Part shown: positions 1 through 11,361 of the stretch, piece by piece
Position numbering within the stretch: the first letter of the stretch is position 1
Layout of the letters: each line of letters opens with the position of its first letter
From: Selaginella moellendorffii
Taxonomy: Eukaryota > Plantae > Lycopodiophyta
Assembly (NCBI RefSeq): GCF_000143415.4
Contig: NW_003314262.1
Location: 3,274,603 to 3,338,602, forward strand
Length of the DNA stretch: 64,000 nt
Reading direction: 5' to 3'
Notes under the pieces: generated by a model
Told to the model about the DNA's origin: nothing
Seen by the model: only the letters and a program-made list of their open reading frames with translations
Databases searched by the model: none
Translations under genes and position numbers: made by a program

Positions 1-245
1 ACGACGACGCTCGAGATGGAGTTGAAGCTAGCGGTGCTGATGACAACTTCCCCTGTGTCGGATCCGGAGTTTGGACACGCGAATTTGGTCATGGTATGTG
101 CCTCCCTGCTTACCACTTTGATCTTCTTGCGATCCGGCCATGGACCTCTGAGATAGTTCTTGAGCTCGCAGCCACTCGCATCGCATTCTACTAGAGATCT
201 TACAAGAGCAAGTCGAGAGAAAAGAGGAGGGTGGACGAACTTCAT
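1..245 (-). pseudogene. 5' end of an L-gulonolactone oxidase-like (GULLO-like) paralog with an internal deletion; continues beyond window start
   Basis: Nearly identical to 3301-3635 (ATG at 245), but about 80 bp corresponding to roughly 3428-3511 is missing (atcttct|tgcgatcc) and the signal-peptide region is shortened. Confidence 0.8.
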
Positions 246-1449
246 GATCTCGAGCACTTCCGGTGAAAACTCTGTCAATAAAATGATTTAATAATTAGTA
301 TATTGGTGGGTTGACAAACCCTAGGTATGAAAGCAAGAATCAGTCAATGAAGGCCATTTGTCTTTGCGGCCTATCTATCACTGGGAGCACCAATCCTTCA
401 TAAGGCTTGTAAATTCCATCCTGTCACTTCCCGCAAGTAAAGCAATGCAGTCAAGGAGAAAGAAAGATTTGAGTCTTGATCAAACTCCACAGTAGAGAAA
501 AATTGAATTTCATAGTTAATGAAATTCAAATGAAACTCTTGTAAAATCTTGAAAATTCAAAAGAGATTCTTAATTACTGAATTAGTATTCTCCTAGAAAT
601 GCTAGTGCTTATCAGCGTAGTAATTTCAAGTAACTGGTAGTGCCTTTATTTGGCACATATCGCTTTGCCACATAAGCTGAGATTGCCAATAAAAATTTCA
701 TATAATTATATCATATTAATAATTCACAATGAGTGAAATCTCAAATTTCTCTAGTGCAAACAAAGAAGAGGAACATCATCTCCTGCCCAGCTAAGACAAC
801 CTATCAAGCCTTGGAGATAAAACTCCATAGTTCTACAGGTCATTAAAGTTTTGATGGGTGTGCAATTTAAAGGTTCTTTTATCCCACTCTAAAAACACTT
901 TAAAAATCGGTCATTAGGGCACTAATTTATGTGTTTTTAAGGGTTTCCAAAAAAAATCAAAATTAGGATAATATTTTTAGTTATTTCTTTTTATTCCTTT
1001 TTTGATAATTTGGTACATTGATTTAAATTTTTCCTCAACAAAATAATGAATATTCTAAATAAACCCTTAAGTTGTACACACTCACAAACTTTTAGTATAA
1101 ACCCCAGATATTCAGGGAGTCTGGGAGAATGCTCGCTCGATGTTTTTGTTTGATCTAAGTGAGATACTTGATTGGCTTGAGCTGAAGCTAATTCATATCT
1201 ATTTAAAACTGTTTAAATCCACATATAAGTTGATTGTGGGTTCAACTCCACCTTCTTCTTGACTTACCCTCATTGATGCTGGCCTGCTACCTTAGCCTCC
1301 TCCTCTTCCTTTCAATCTACAGCAAAGAAAAACTCTAGGTAGCTTATTGATAGATATAAATTTTAAATATTTATCTGGCTTAGATATAAACTATTAAGAA
1401 TTTCTCAAAGCTGTTAACAAGGTTATAGGAGGAATAAGAGCTAGATTAG

Positions 1450-1680
1450 GCCCAAGAGAGACATTGTGTCACGGGCAACAATGATCGCCCAAGCTGGAGT
1501 ATTTGGCTGCTGCAAGGGAGATCTTCAATGTGAGAGGACGACAGCCTAGCTCAAGAACAGGAGGATGATCAAGGGCAGAGATTTTTTTCTTGAAGAGGAT
1601 GCCAGAGATGGACGACTTCCATGGTTAGAGACGTATTGCAAAGGGCAGGCTCAACGAAGAAGAGGAACTGTCTGGAATAA
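1450..1680 (+). pseudogene. Degraded PPR gene fragment in the intergenic part of the tandem unit
   Basis: Translates as PKRDIVSRATMIAQAG..AAREIFN..RMPEMD, resembling the MPxRDxVSWxxMIxAYAQxG PPR motif. A related relic lies at about 7640-7790. Confidence 0.5.
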
Positions 1681-1806
1681 TTTTTTTGACTTTTTAACTT
1701 GTTGACCTTCTTGATTCTTTAAAAAATATAATCCGATATTTTAAGTATATTCCTTACACCGAGCACATCTCAGAACTGAACAACAAACAAGGAGAAATGA
1801 TGCATC

Positions 1807-3635
1807 TTAACTTCTATTGCTACAGACTCTTGCCTCGCGATAAACAAGTCCTGGTCTGCAAAAATATCCTTTGTCTGGAGCACAGTGCCTAGCTTCGCTG
1901 CAAACACACAGTCCTTCCAAAGCACATCCATCCTTTGCTGTCACCGGACTTCCTCGGATTCCCAGCACAGCATCAGACCAATCACTTGAAAACCATCCTT
2001 GTGGATCCAACTTCCTCCTAGCCGAAAGAAACTTAGACAAATTCTTCGTCTTCCTTCCAATGTCCCGGAATGCATGCGGCCTGTTCTTCCCGAAGTGTGG
2101 CTTCCCGTTATACTTAAACAGTAAAAGCTGCTCTATCTCCTCAGCAACGTCCTCGTACGTCTGTGGTTCCCCTGGCCTCCTGTCTCGGAACGTCATGAAC
2201 TCAATATTTGCTGCGTCAGTCTTCGGTCCAAGGTAAGCCTGAGAAGCTTTCAAGTATCTAATCAGTAATGTCATGGAAGTGTCAAGCAGACAGAGACGTT
2301 CTGGCGACAAGTCTCTCAACTGCTTCACGTCTCGGATAAAGTTGCCAACATCGCTGATGGAGATAGCTATAGAGACGTGGAACCAGAATTGGCCATAAGC
2401 TCGGAAGTCCCAGCCGCAGACGAGCCTCTCAGACTCCGGAAGAGCCAAATTGGTGGAGTTGCTGTAGGTGTACTGGCAGCCTCCGCGAGCTTGAAACTTG
2501 TGGAAGTATCCGACCACAGGGAATCCCGAGAAATGTTGCTGCCGCTCATCATTGAATAATCCGCCACCCGTGGAAGTAACGGTGTTCACGGTGTTCTTAG
2601 CAACGGAGCAGAAGAAGGTTGAATTCCCAATCGCTTCAGCTGCTTCTTCTGGAAAACATTCAATTTTAAGATCAGTCGGAGAGCACGAAAGGAAAGGAAA
2701 ATCCGGGACAGGGATATAGAAGACTGACGGCTCAGTCTTGAACTCCTGGCAGCAGCAGCCTGAACGGGAAGAAACAGAGATGCAGCGCCATTTCCTGGCA
2801 CCGAGAGTGGCGCTTTGTCATCGATCCTCGACACAAATTTCTTCTGCGAACTGTACCACGACACTTCCGCAAACTCGTGCTCCCGAGCCAGTGTCAAGAA
2901 GTCCTCTTCCAGAGACGCATCGTCCGCCACCGCCAGCGTCACAGACCTCTTCGTCATGGGCTGTACGGAGAACGTGAGCTGGGAAACAGCTCCAAGAACT
3001 CCCAGCGAGATCCTGGCGGCGTGGAACAGATCACTCCCCTCCGCGACCGTGACAACTTTAGCAAAGCCTTCGTTCTTGGAGGCCGGAACGACGATTCTCA
3101 TGGACACAAGGTACTCGTAAGTTCCTCCCCCGCGACCCCAAAGGCTGCTGCCATGGGCCCCCGTGCTCACCATGCCCGCCGGCGACACGCCGTCCCAGGC
3201 GATGGTCTGGTGCAAAGTCACGCCTTGCATCGCCAGGAGATCGATAAGCTCGCCAAGCATGATTCCAGGGGGCGTGGAGACCGTCATAGAGCTCTTGTCG
3301 ACAACGACGCTCGAGTTGGAGTTGAAGCTAGCGGTGCTGATGACAACCCCCCCTGTGTCGGATCCGGAGTTTGGACACGCGAATTTGGTCATGGTATGTG
3401 CCTCCCTGCTTACCACTTTGATCTTCTGCTTGCTCTTGACTGCGTAGGCCACAGCGTCGAGGAGCTCGGCCTCGTTGGTCGGGAAGAACGCCTTGGTGAT
3501 CTTGCAAGGCCTGCGATCTGGCCATGGACCTCTGAGATAGTTCTTGAGCTCGCAGCCACTCGCATCGCATTCTACTAGAGATCTTACAAGATGCAAGTTG
3601 AGAGAAAAGAGGAGGGCGAGGAGGACAAACTTCAT
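1807..3635 (-). CDS. Secreted FAD-linked L-gulonolactone/aldonolactone oxidase-like protein (GULLO-like), 2 exons: 3635-2729 and 2648-1807
   Basis: Signal peptide MKFVLLALLFSL, FAD-binding region (AHTMTKFAC, STGAHGSSLWG, SLGVLGAVSQLT), C-terminal PHFGKN...LDPQGWFSS and Cys-rich tail. An 80-bp GT-AG intron at 2649-2728 joins the two ORFs in frame (RLS-QEAAEAIG). Confidence 0.92.
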
Positions 3636-5405
3636 GATCTCGAGTACTTGTTGGTGAAAGCTCTCAAAGATTTATGTATCATTTTCTATCAAAGTCAATT
3701 TTTGCCACCTTGACTTGTCAATAAAATCAAGTAGTATCCCAGAAAATGCTGGCTGGTTGACAAAGCCTACACTATACTTTTAGAGAGAAAATATGTTTAT
3801 AAGTTGTTACTTTCCAAGAGCTGGACAAAATACATAGTGTGAAAACAAGAATGAAGGCCATTTGTCTTTGCGGCGTAGCTATCATTGGGAACATCAACCA
3901 GCCAGCACCAGTCCTTCGAAATTTTTGTAAAATTCTGGGATGTTTCCAATACTGCATCCTGTCTTTGAGCTCCAATTGCCGCTTCCCGCATGTAAAGGAA
4001 TGCAGCCATGGAGAAAGAAAGATTTGGAAATAAGTTAGTGTCAAGTAAGTTTTATCAAACTCCTCACTAAAGAAAAACTGAATTTGAAAATCGAATGAAA
4101 TTTTTGTGAATTCCTGAAAATTCAAAAACTGAATCTAAAATTCCATATAAGCAATTGGATTGAGAAGATGCTCTAGGGGAAATCAACACCTAGAAATAAG
4201 TGCTTAGATCAGTATAGAAATTTCAAGTACTTGGTACCTCATTGAGAGCACAAATATTTTGTGAATATTAGGGCTTCAAACTTCACTAAGAATACTGTTA
4301 TTAACTCCCATGCTAACAAAAAAGATCATCATCTCCATGAGAAAAAATCAAACCATCCCCTTGAGTCAATTGGAAAAGAAGCAATTGTTTTATGAGAGAG
4401 TTCTTAATAACTATTTTATCTCTATTTATCCCTTAAAGTTCCAAGAATCCATAGTGATAATATATTTAAATCTCATTCCATGATCACATGCGCTACACTC
4501 AACCCCCTTTCAAAGATGTCAATGTTTGCATTGACTATTAAATAGCAACACCTATTGAGCCAAAGGGAATCAACACTTCCATTTTTACACTAAATCTACT
4601 AATCTTTCAATTGTGTAAATTAGTTATTCCATGTGAGATAGCTAATCATCCACCCGTACCGTAGTCATACAGTGGATACCTTCATCTGTGGATACTTCAC
4701 ATAAAAGGAAGGACATATGTATGGATGCCCAATACATATAATTTTAAATTTAAGGGTAAGAATATATTTACACTGAATCTACCAATCCTTCTATTGTGTA
4801 AATTAGCTATTCCTGTACCATTTACTCTAATACCATATATAGCACATTTTATCTCTCTCCTTTTAAGTTAACTGGAAAAAAGGCAATTATTTGATGAGAA
4901 AGCCCTTAATGGTTATTTTATCCTTATTTATCCCCTAATATTCCAAGAATTCATGGTAACATTATATCTAAATTTCATCCCATGATTACATGTGTTACAC
5001 TGGATTTGCTATTTGATAGTTTTACATATCATTAAAGCTTTTATAGGTGAGTATAGTGCATGTGATCATAGGATGAGATTTGGATATACTGTCACTGTGC
5101 ATCTTTGGAACTTTGGGGGATAAATGGGGATAAAATAGCTACCAAGGGCTCTCTCATCAAGCAATTGCCCCTTTTCTAGTTGGCTTAAGGGGAGAGAGAT
5201 TGGTATTGGAGCAAATGGCATGGGTTTGATTCCCATTGATTAGTGGTTACTTAAAATATAATATACCCTTGAGCAAGGTATATTTTTACCCTTAAATTTG
5301 AAATCATATGTATTATGCATCCATGCGTACTTCCTTTTGTGTTTCCCATTGATTAGTGGTTACTTAAAATATAACTATGTCTTTCCTCATAGTGGAGCAT
5401 CCATG

Positions 5406-5959
5406 TGTAAGCAACCAAAGGGAACGACTCGAGAGACGGTCCATGGGGTTCAAATATAGAGGGAAAGGGCCCATGAACAAGAGTGCACCCCCTTTTCCAA
5501 TCGGTTAAGGGTCTTGGGATAGTTGGAGTTAAGCATCCTTGGGTTTGAATAGTACTGGGCTGGGTGACCTCCCGGGAAGTCCAAACTCATGAGCTTACAT
5601 TTGGTATCAGAGCGGTCTCGGGTCCGACTCTGTTGGTTGGCTAAGGGAATCACACCACAAGTTGATTGACATCTGGCTGGTCCAGTTTGCTCCCGCTGGG
5701 CTCGACCCGAGGGGTAGGATGTCAAGAGAGCGGGGCTCTCGGGAGAGCTGTGGCTCTCAGCTTCCATTCACGAGGGCGTGAACTTGCAGGGAAGCGTGGT
5801 CCATGGGGTTCAAATATAGAGGGAAAGGGCCCATGAACAAGAGTGCACCCCCTTTTCCAATCGGTTAAGGGTCTTGGGATAGTTGGAGTTAAGCGTCCTT
5901 GGGTTTGAATAGTACTGGGCTGGGTGACCTCCCGGGAAGTCCAAACTCAGGCGTTTACA
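5406..5959 (+). mobile_element. Cassandra-like TRIM (non-autonomous LTR retrotransposon with a 5S rRNA-derived segment in the LTRs)
   Basis: 5' LTR 5406-5599 (TGTAAGC...GCTTACA, 194 bp); tRNA-Met PBS TGGTATCAGAGC 5602-5613; ~200 bp non-coding interior; 5'-truncated 3' LTR 5798-5959; 5-bp TSD CCATG at 5401-5405 and 5960-5964. Confidence 0.92.
5527..5582 (+). promoter_or_regulatory. 5S rRNA-derived internal Pol III control region (A box, IE, C box) in the 5' LTR; copies at 5887-5942(+) and 7226-7281(-)
   Basis: AGTTAAGC(A/G)TCCTTGGGTTTGAATAGTACTGGGCTGGGTGACCTCCCGGGAAGTCC closely matches the 3' half of plant 5S rRNA (AGTTAAGCGTGCTTGGGCGAGAGTAGTACTAGGATGGGTGACCTCCCGGGAAGTCC, recalled consensus). 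Confidence 0.88.
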
Positions 5960-6046
5960 CCATGCTCCATGGACAAGCAAGGTATATTCCTACCCCAAAT
6001 ATGAAATTATACGTATTGAGCATCTATGCATACATCTTTCCTCTAT

Positions 6047-7112
6047 GGATGACTAATCTGACTAGTTGTTATACAGCTGGATTACTAGTTGTTATACAGT
6101 TGGATGACTATTTCCTCTGGATGACTAATCTGACTAGTTGTTATACAGCTGGATTACTAGTTGTTATACAGTTGGATGACTAATTGACTTATATGGAATA
6201 GCTGATTCGACTAGTTGTTATATGAGTGGATGACTAGTTGCTTTACATAGAATAGCTAATCCGACTAGTTGTTATATAAGTGGATTATTAGTTGCTTTAC
6301 ATAGAATAGCTGATCCACCTAGTTGTTATAGAAGTGGATGACTAGTTGCTTTACATAGAATAGCTAATCTGACTAGTTGTTATATAAGTGGATGACTAGT
6401 TGCTTTACATAGAATAGCTGATCCAACTAGTTGTTATACAAGTGGATGACTAATTGCTTTACATGGAATACCACATAAACTAGTTGTTATACAAGTGGAT
6501 GACTAGTTGCTTTACATGGAATACCACATAAAATAGCTGATCCGACTAGTTGTTATACAAGTGGAATAGCTAATTTAACTAGTTGTTATACAGTTGGATG
6601 ACTAATTGACTTATATAGAATAGCTGATTCGACTAGTTGTTATACGGGTGGATGACTAGTTGCCTTACATAGAATAGTTGATCCGACTAGTTGTTATACA
6701 AGTGGATGACTAGTTGCTTTACATGGAATACCACATAGAATAGCTGATCCGACTAGTTGTTATACAAATGGATGACTAGTTGCTTTACATGGAATACCTG
6801 ACTAGTTGTCTTACATGGAATAGCTGATCCAACTAGTTGTTATACGGATGGATGACTAGCTGATCCGACTAGTTGTTATACAAGTGGATGACTAGTTGCT
6901 TTACATGGAATACCTAACTAGTTGCCTTACATGGAATAGCTAATCCAACTAGTTGTTATATGGATGGATGACTAGTTGCATTATATGAAATAACTGATCT
7001 ACATAATAAACTAGTTGTTATATGGGTAGATGACTAGTTGCTTTACATGGAATAATTGACTAGTTGCCTTATATGGAATAATTGACTAGTTGCCTTATAT
7101 GGAATAACTGAT
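6047..7112 (+). repeat. Minisatellite, ~54-bp period (ACTAGTTGTTATACAAGTGGATGACTAGTTGCTTTACATGGAATAGCTGATCCG) built of 23+31 bp subunits
   Basis: Unit starts at 6210, 6264, 6318, 6372 and 6426 (period 54), with irregular subunit duplications elsewhere. Confidence 0.92.
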
Positions 7113-7208
7113 CTACACAATAGAAGAATTGAAAACTTAGAGGATAAATAGGGATAAAATAACCACTAAGAGCTCTCTTATCAAGCAATTGCCCTTTTTT
7201 TAGTTGAC

Positions 7209-7402
7209 TGTAAGCTCTTGAATTTGGATTTCCCGGGAGGTCATCCAACCCAGTACTATTCAAACCCAAAGACGCTTAACTCTAAATATCCCAAAACCCT
7301 TAACTAATTAGAAAAAAGGGTGCACTCTTATTTATGGGCCCTTTCCCTCTATATTTAAACCTCATGGACCGTCTCTCAAGTCGTTCTCTTTAATTGCTTA
7401 CA
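7209..7402 (-). mobile_element. Solo LTR of the Cassandra-like TRIM
   Basis: 194-bp reverse-complement homolog of 5406-5599 with TGTAAGC/GCTTACA ends, TSD TTGAC at 7204-7208 and 7403-7407, and many transition substitutions. Confidence 0.92.
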
Positions 7403-7965
7403 TTGACTTAAGAGGAGAAAGATAAAATATGCTACAAATTTATATCTATTTTAAACTATTTAAATCTATAATGGTGGGTTCAACTTTTCTTTTTGGGTCT
7501 TTGGCTTGATGACAGCTTCTAATAGGGGAATTACCCTCACTTGATGCTAACCTGCTACCTTAGCCTCTTCTCCCTTTCAATCTACAACAAAGAAAAACTC
7601 TTATAAATTATTACGAGTTCTAATCTCCTTAGTTAACAATGTGAGAGGATGCATCTGCTCAAGCTCACGGCTTAGCAAGATGATCAGGCCAAAGATTTTT
7701 TCTTGGAGGGATGCCAAAGACTAACACTCTTGGCTGGACTATTGCAGAGGGCAGGCTCAATGAAGCAGAGGAAGTTGGGCCACTGCCTGGATGATTTTCT
7801 GTTGACTTCTTGGCATTTTTTATTCTTTGATTTACTTGAAAACTACTAGAATACTAAAAATTATAATCAAATATTTAAATATATTCCTTACACTAAAACA
7901 ATCTACACATCCCAGGCAAAACAAACTGAACAACAAACAAGGAGAAATTATGCATCCTTTGTTTC

Positions 7966-9290
7966 TTAACTTCTATTGCTGTAAACTCTTGCCTCGCGAT
8001 CCTGATCGGCAAAAATATCCTTTGTCTGGAGCACAATGCCTCTCTTCACTGCAAACACATAGTCCTTCCAAAGCACATCCATCCTTTGTCGCCACTGGGC
8101 TTCCTCGGATTCCCAGCACTGAGTCAGACCAATCACTTGAAAGCCATCCTTGTGGATCCAACTTATTCCTTGCCAAAAGAAAATTAGACAACGTTTCCTC
8201 AGCAACGTCCTCGTACGTCTATGGTTCCCCCGGCCTCCTGTCTGGGAAAGTAATGAACTCAATCTGTGCTGCGTCAGTCTTTGGTTCAAGGTAAGCAATC
8301 TGCAATGCGAGGGCAGTATCAAGCAGACAAAGACGTTCTGGTGATAAGTCTCTCAACTTCACGTCCCGGATAAAGCTGCCAACGTCGTCGCTGATGGAGA
8401 TAGATACCGAAACGTGGAACCAGAATATGCCCACTCGTGGAAGTAATGGTGTTTACGGTGTTCTTAGCAACGGAGCAGAAGAAGGTTGAATTCCCAATCG
8501 CTTCAGCTGCTTCTTCTGGAAAACATTCAATTTTAAGATCAGTCGGAGAGCACACTGACGGCTCAGTCTTGAACTCCTGGCAGCAGCAGCCTGCACGGGA
8601 AGAAACAGCGCTGTAGTCTCAGTGCCATTTCCTGGCACCGAGAGTGGCGCTTTGTCATCGATCCTCGACACAAATTTCTTCTGCGAGCTGTACCACGACA
8701 CTTCCGCAAACTCGTGCTCCCGAGCCAGTGTCAAGAAGTCCTCTTCCAGAGACCCATCGTCTACCGCCAGCGTCACAGACCTCTTCGTCATGGGCTGTAC
8801 GGAGAACGTGAGCTGGGAAACAGCTCCAAGAACTCCCAGCGGGATCCTGGCGGCGTGGAACAGATCACTCCCCTCCGCGACCGTGACAACTTTGGCAAAG
8901 CGTTCGTTCTTGGAGGCCGGAACGACGATACTCATATGGACACGAGGTACTCATGAGTTCCTCCGCCGCGACCCCAAAGGCTGCTGCCATGGTCCCCCGT
9001 GCTCACCATGCCCGCCGGCGACACGCCGTCCCAGTCGACACGCCTTGCATCGCCAGGATATCGATAAGCTAGCCAAGCATGATTCCATCATGAAGGAGAC
9101 CGTCATGGAGCTCTTGTCGACGACAACGCTCGAGTTGGAGTTGAAGCTGGTGGTGCTAATGACAACTCGCCCTGTATCGGATCCGGAGTTTGGACACGCG
9201 AATTTGGTCATGGTATGTGCCTCCCTCACCTTGATGTTTTGCTTGCTCTTGACAGCGTATGCCACGGCGTCGAGGAGCTCGGCCTCCTTG
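7966..9290 (-). pseudogene. GULLO-like paralog, multiply deleted and frameshifted, 5' end lost
   Basis: ORF fragments 7966-8322, 7973-8191, 8219-8434, 8453-8935 and 8951-9265 match pieces of the intact gene in shifting frames. Downstream flank 7440-7965 matches 1195-1806. Confidence 0.9.
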
Positions 9291-9876
9291 GAGTTGAGAG
9301 CAAAAAGGATCTTTCAGTTATTGGTGAAGGGTTTCAAAGATTTATGTCAAATTTTATGTTCGCAACTTCCTGCCATGTTCTTATGCATGTTGTCACCACT
9401 AGATGTGGTGGCAGCGACAGTCCCCTTGATACAAAATGGCAAACCAAAACTTTCGAGCGAGCTACTTTATATTTATTTCAAGCTTGGGATCTCCACGTTG
9501 TTTTGGCTTTGGTTTTCTTTTGGGATGATCCTTTGATGATGGCTTTCTGGCCGGCTGAGCTGCCTTGGCCAGAGATGCAGCTGCTTTAGCCCTCTTTTGT
9601 TTCTCCCGTGCATGCAAGAGCAAAACCAAGAAAAGCTCAAGACATGTAAATTATGGAATTTTGGCTTGCGCCTATCTCTCCAGCTCGCTTGATCGCATTT
9701 CCATGCTAACCATTGGAAGTTGATGACCTTTGCCGCTAATAAACTATCGAAGTTATGCTTTTCTTAAACCCTTTATAACTTTAGAATGATTTACATTTTA
9801 TTTATCAAAAGAAAAGGAAAAAGGGAACCCACACACGGCAACACTGCACAATTCCTCAAATATCTTTCCCCCAATT

Positions 9877-11361
9877 TCACCTCGCGCGAACTGGGAAGCT
9901 CAGCCTGCGGGGATGCGTGATGGGGTCCTGAAACCGCCCATGCGTTCCAGGAAGAGAGAACCTTCTCTTGATAGCAGCCGGCGAGAGCTTGCCATTGTCC
10001 GCGGGTGACGTGCTGCTCGCGGCGGTGCTGGGACTGCTCACGCGAGCCTTTGCTCTGGCCGATTCCGTGGCCGCCATGTAGCTCGGCACGGACCTGTCCG
10101 CCTTGGATCGCTTCTCGGAGCTCTTCGTCGCTGGCGCGTGATCGCCATTCACGTCGCCGTTCTTGGAGCTGCGGTGACACAGATGTGTGATCAGAAGTTT
10201 AGTGAAGCTAAACGAAGAAGTAAAGTCACCTGCTGGTCTCTGCCACGCTTGCCGGTTCAGTGGCAGGCTTCCAAGGCTCCACAGCTGTCCAAAACTCCAA
10301 CCACGTCCACTCGGGCCGGATAACGGGGTTTTTAAACAGCCTGGTTTGCGTTGGTGCGTACGCAACGAGCTGCAAAAACCAAAACAAACGAACCACCAGT
10401 TGTGAGTTCACGGGAAGAAGAAAATGAATGTGTCAAATCGCAACAAGTAAGGAGTACCTTCTGATCGAACTTGCTCACATCAGCTTTGCTAGGCTTAGCT
10501 CGTAATACGTTTATAACTGTTACAGCATCGTTGCCGCTAAGCTCCTGCACAGATTGACGAATAAGGAAAAACAAAAAAAGAAATCGTGAATAGAGACAGA
10601 GCTGGCAGCCTACCGAAGAAGGATCCGCCTCGGAGCTGCCCTGTCGTTTATTCCATAGCTGCTTCTGAATGCTCTGGCCGCCTTGGGAGCTTCTGACGCG
10701 GTGGCCTCTGGCCAGAGCTTGCACTTTAACGATAGCGAGTACAGTTCTCAGCGAGATCGCAGCCTGCTTTCTCACGCTGTGTCCTCGAACCAAGGCCTGC
10801 AACCTGACAAGGCCCTTGAGAGCCCGCAATGCTCGCCTGGCCTGGACAAAATCATCCACCATCATACCCTTCGTTACCTATACGAACGTGTGCAAAGTTT
10901 ACCAGAATTACTACCAAAAAAAACGGCTGGCGCTTCCTACTTGGGCAATTTTCTAAGCAAACTAATTCCGGAAAGAAGCTTACCAGGAAGGCTCGGAATG
11001 CTGTTTGGATCTTTATAGCTGCTGCATTCCCTGTGGTGATAATTCCATCCGGAATTCCATCGTGCGTTGCAATTATAGGCTGTGCATTGAATGGTTCGTT
11101 TGGGGCCTCGGTGGTGGGAGCTGCAATGACTTCCGGAGAAACCTGGGCCTGGTTCTGAGCTGGGGAGGAATCGGCAGGAATTTTCTCCTGGCCATCGTGT
11201 TCCTGGACCAACAACAAAGCTTTTTGGTTTTATCAGTAGCAATTGGATCGATCATCACACCACCATACCTCTGGAGACGACGACTTATCCTTCTCCTTGA
11301 GAGGGGATTTGAACTTTCTCACACCCAAGAACTTTCCAAGCCACTTTGTAGACTTGCCCAT
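9877..11361 (-). CDS. IQ67-domain (IQD) calmodulin-binding protein, multi-exon
   Basis: [13 protein letters not shown] start; [13 protein letters not shown]|[28 protein letters not shown]67 domain split by the conserved intron; C-terminal [15 protein letters not shown] motif. Confidence 0.92.

Larger units (their letters stand above)
4340..7433. repeat. Composite foldback/MITE-like AT-rich block of direct and inverted copies of a ~150-bp module
   Basis: Module copies at about 4350-4500(+), 4840-5000(+), 5048-5200(-) and 7131-7433(-, split by the solo LTR). 4704-4770 also pairs with 5271-5338, giving a palindrome centred near 5025. Confidence 0.7.

Noticed and set aside
5527-5942. Genuine 5S rRNA genes
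   Set aside because: Only about 56 nt of the 3' half is present, with no 5' half or 3' stem, and it is embedded in LTRs with PBS and TSD.
6047-7112. CRISPR-like array
   Set aside because: There are no unique spacers; inter-repeat segments are themselves repeated, the context is eukaryotic and no cas genes are present. It is a minisatellite.
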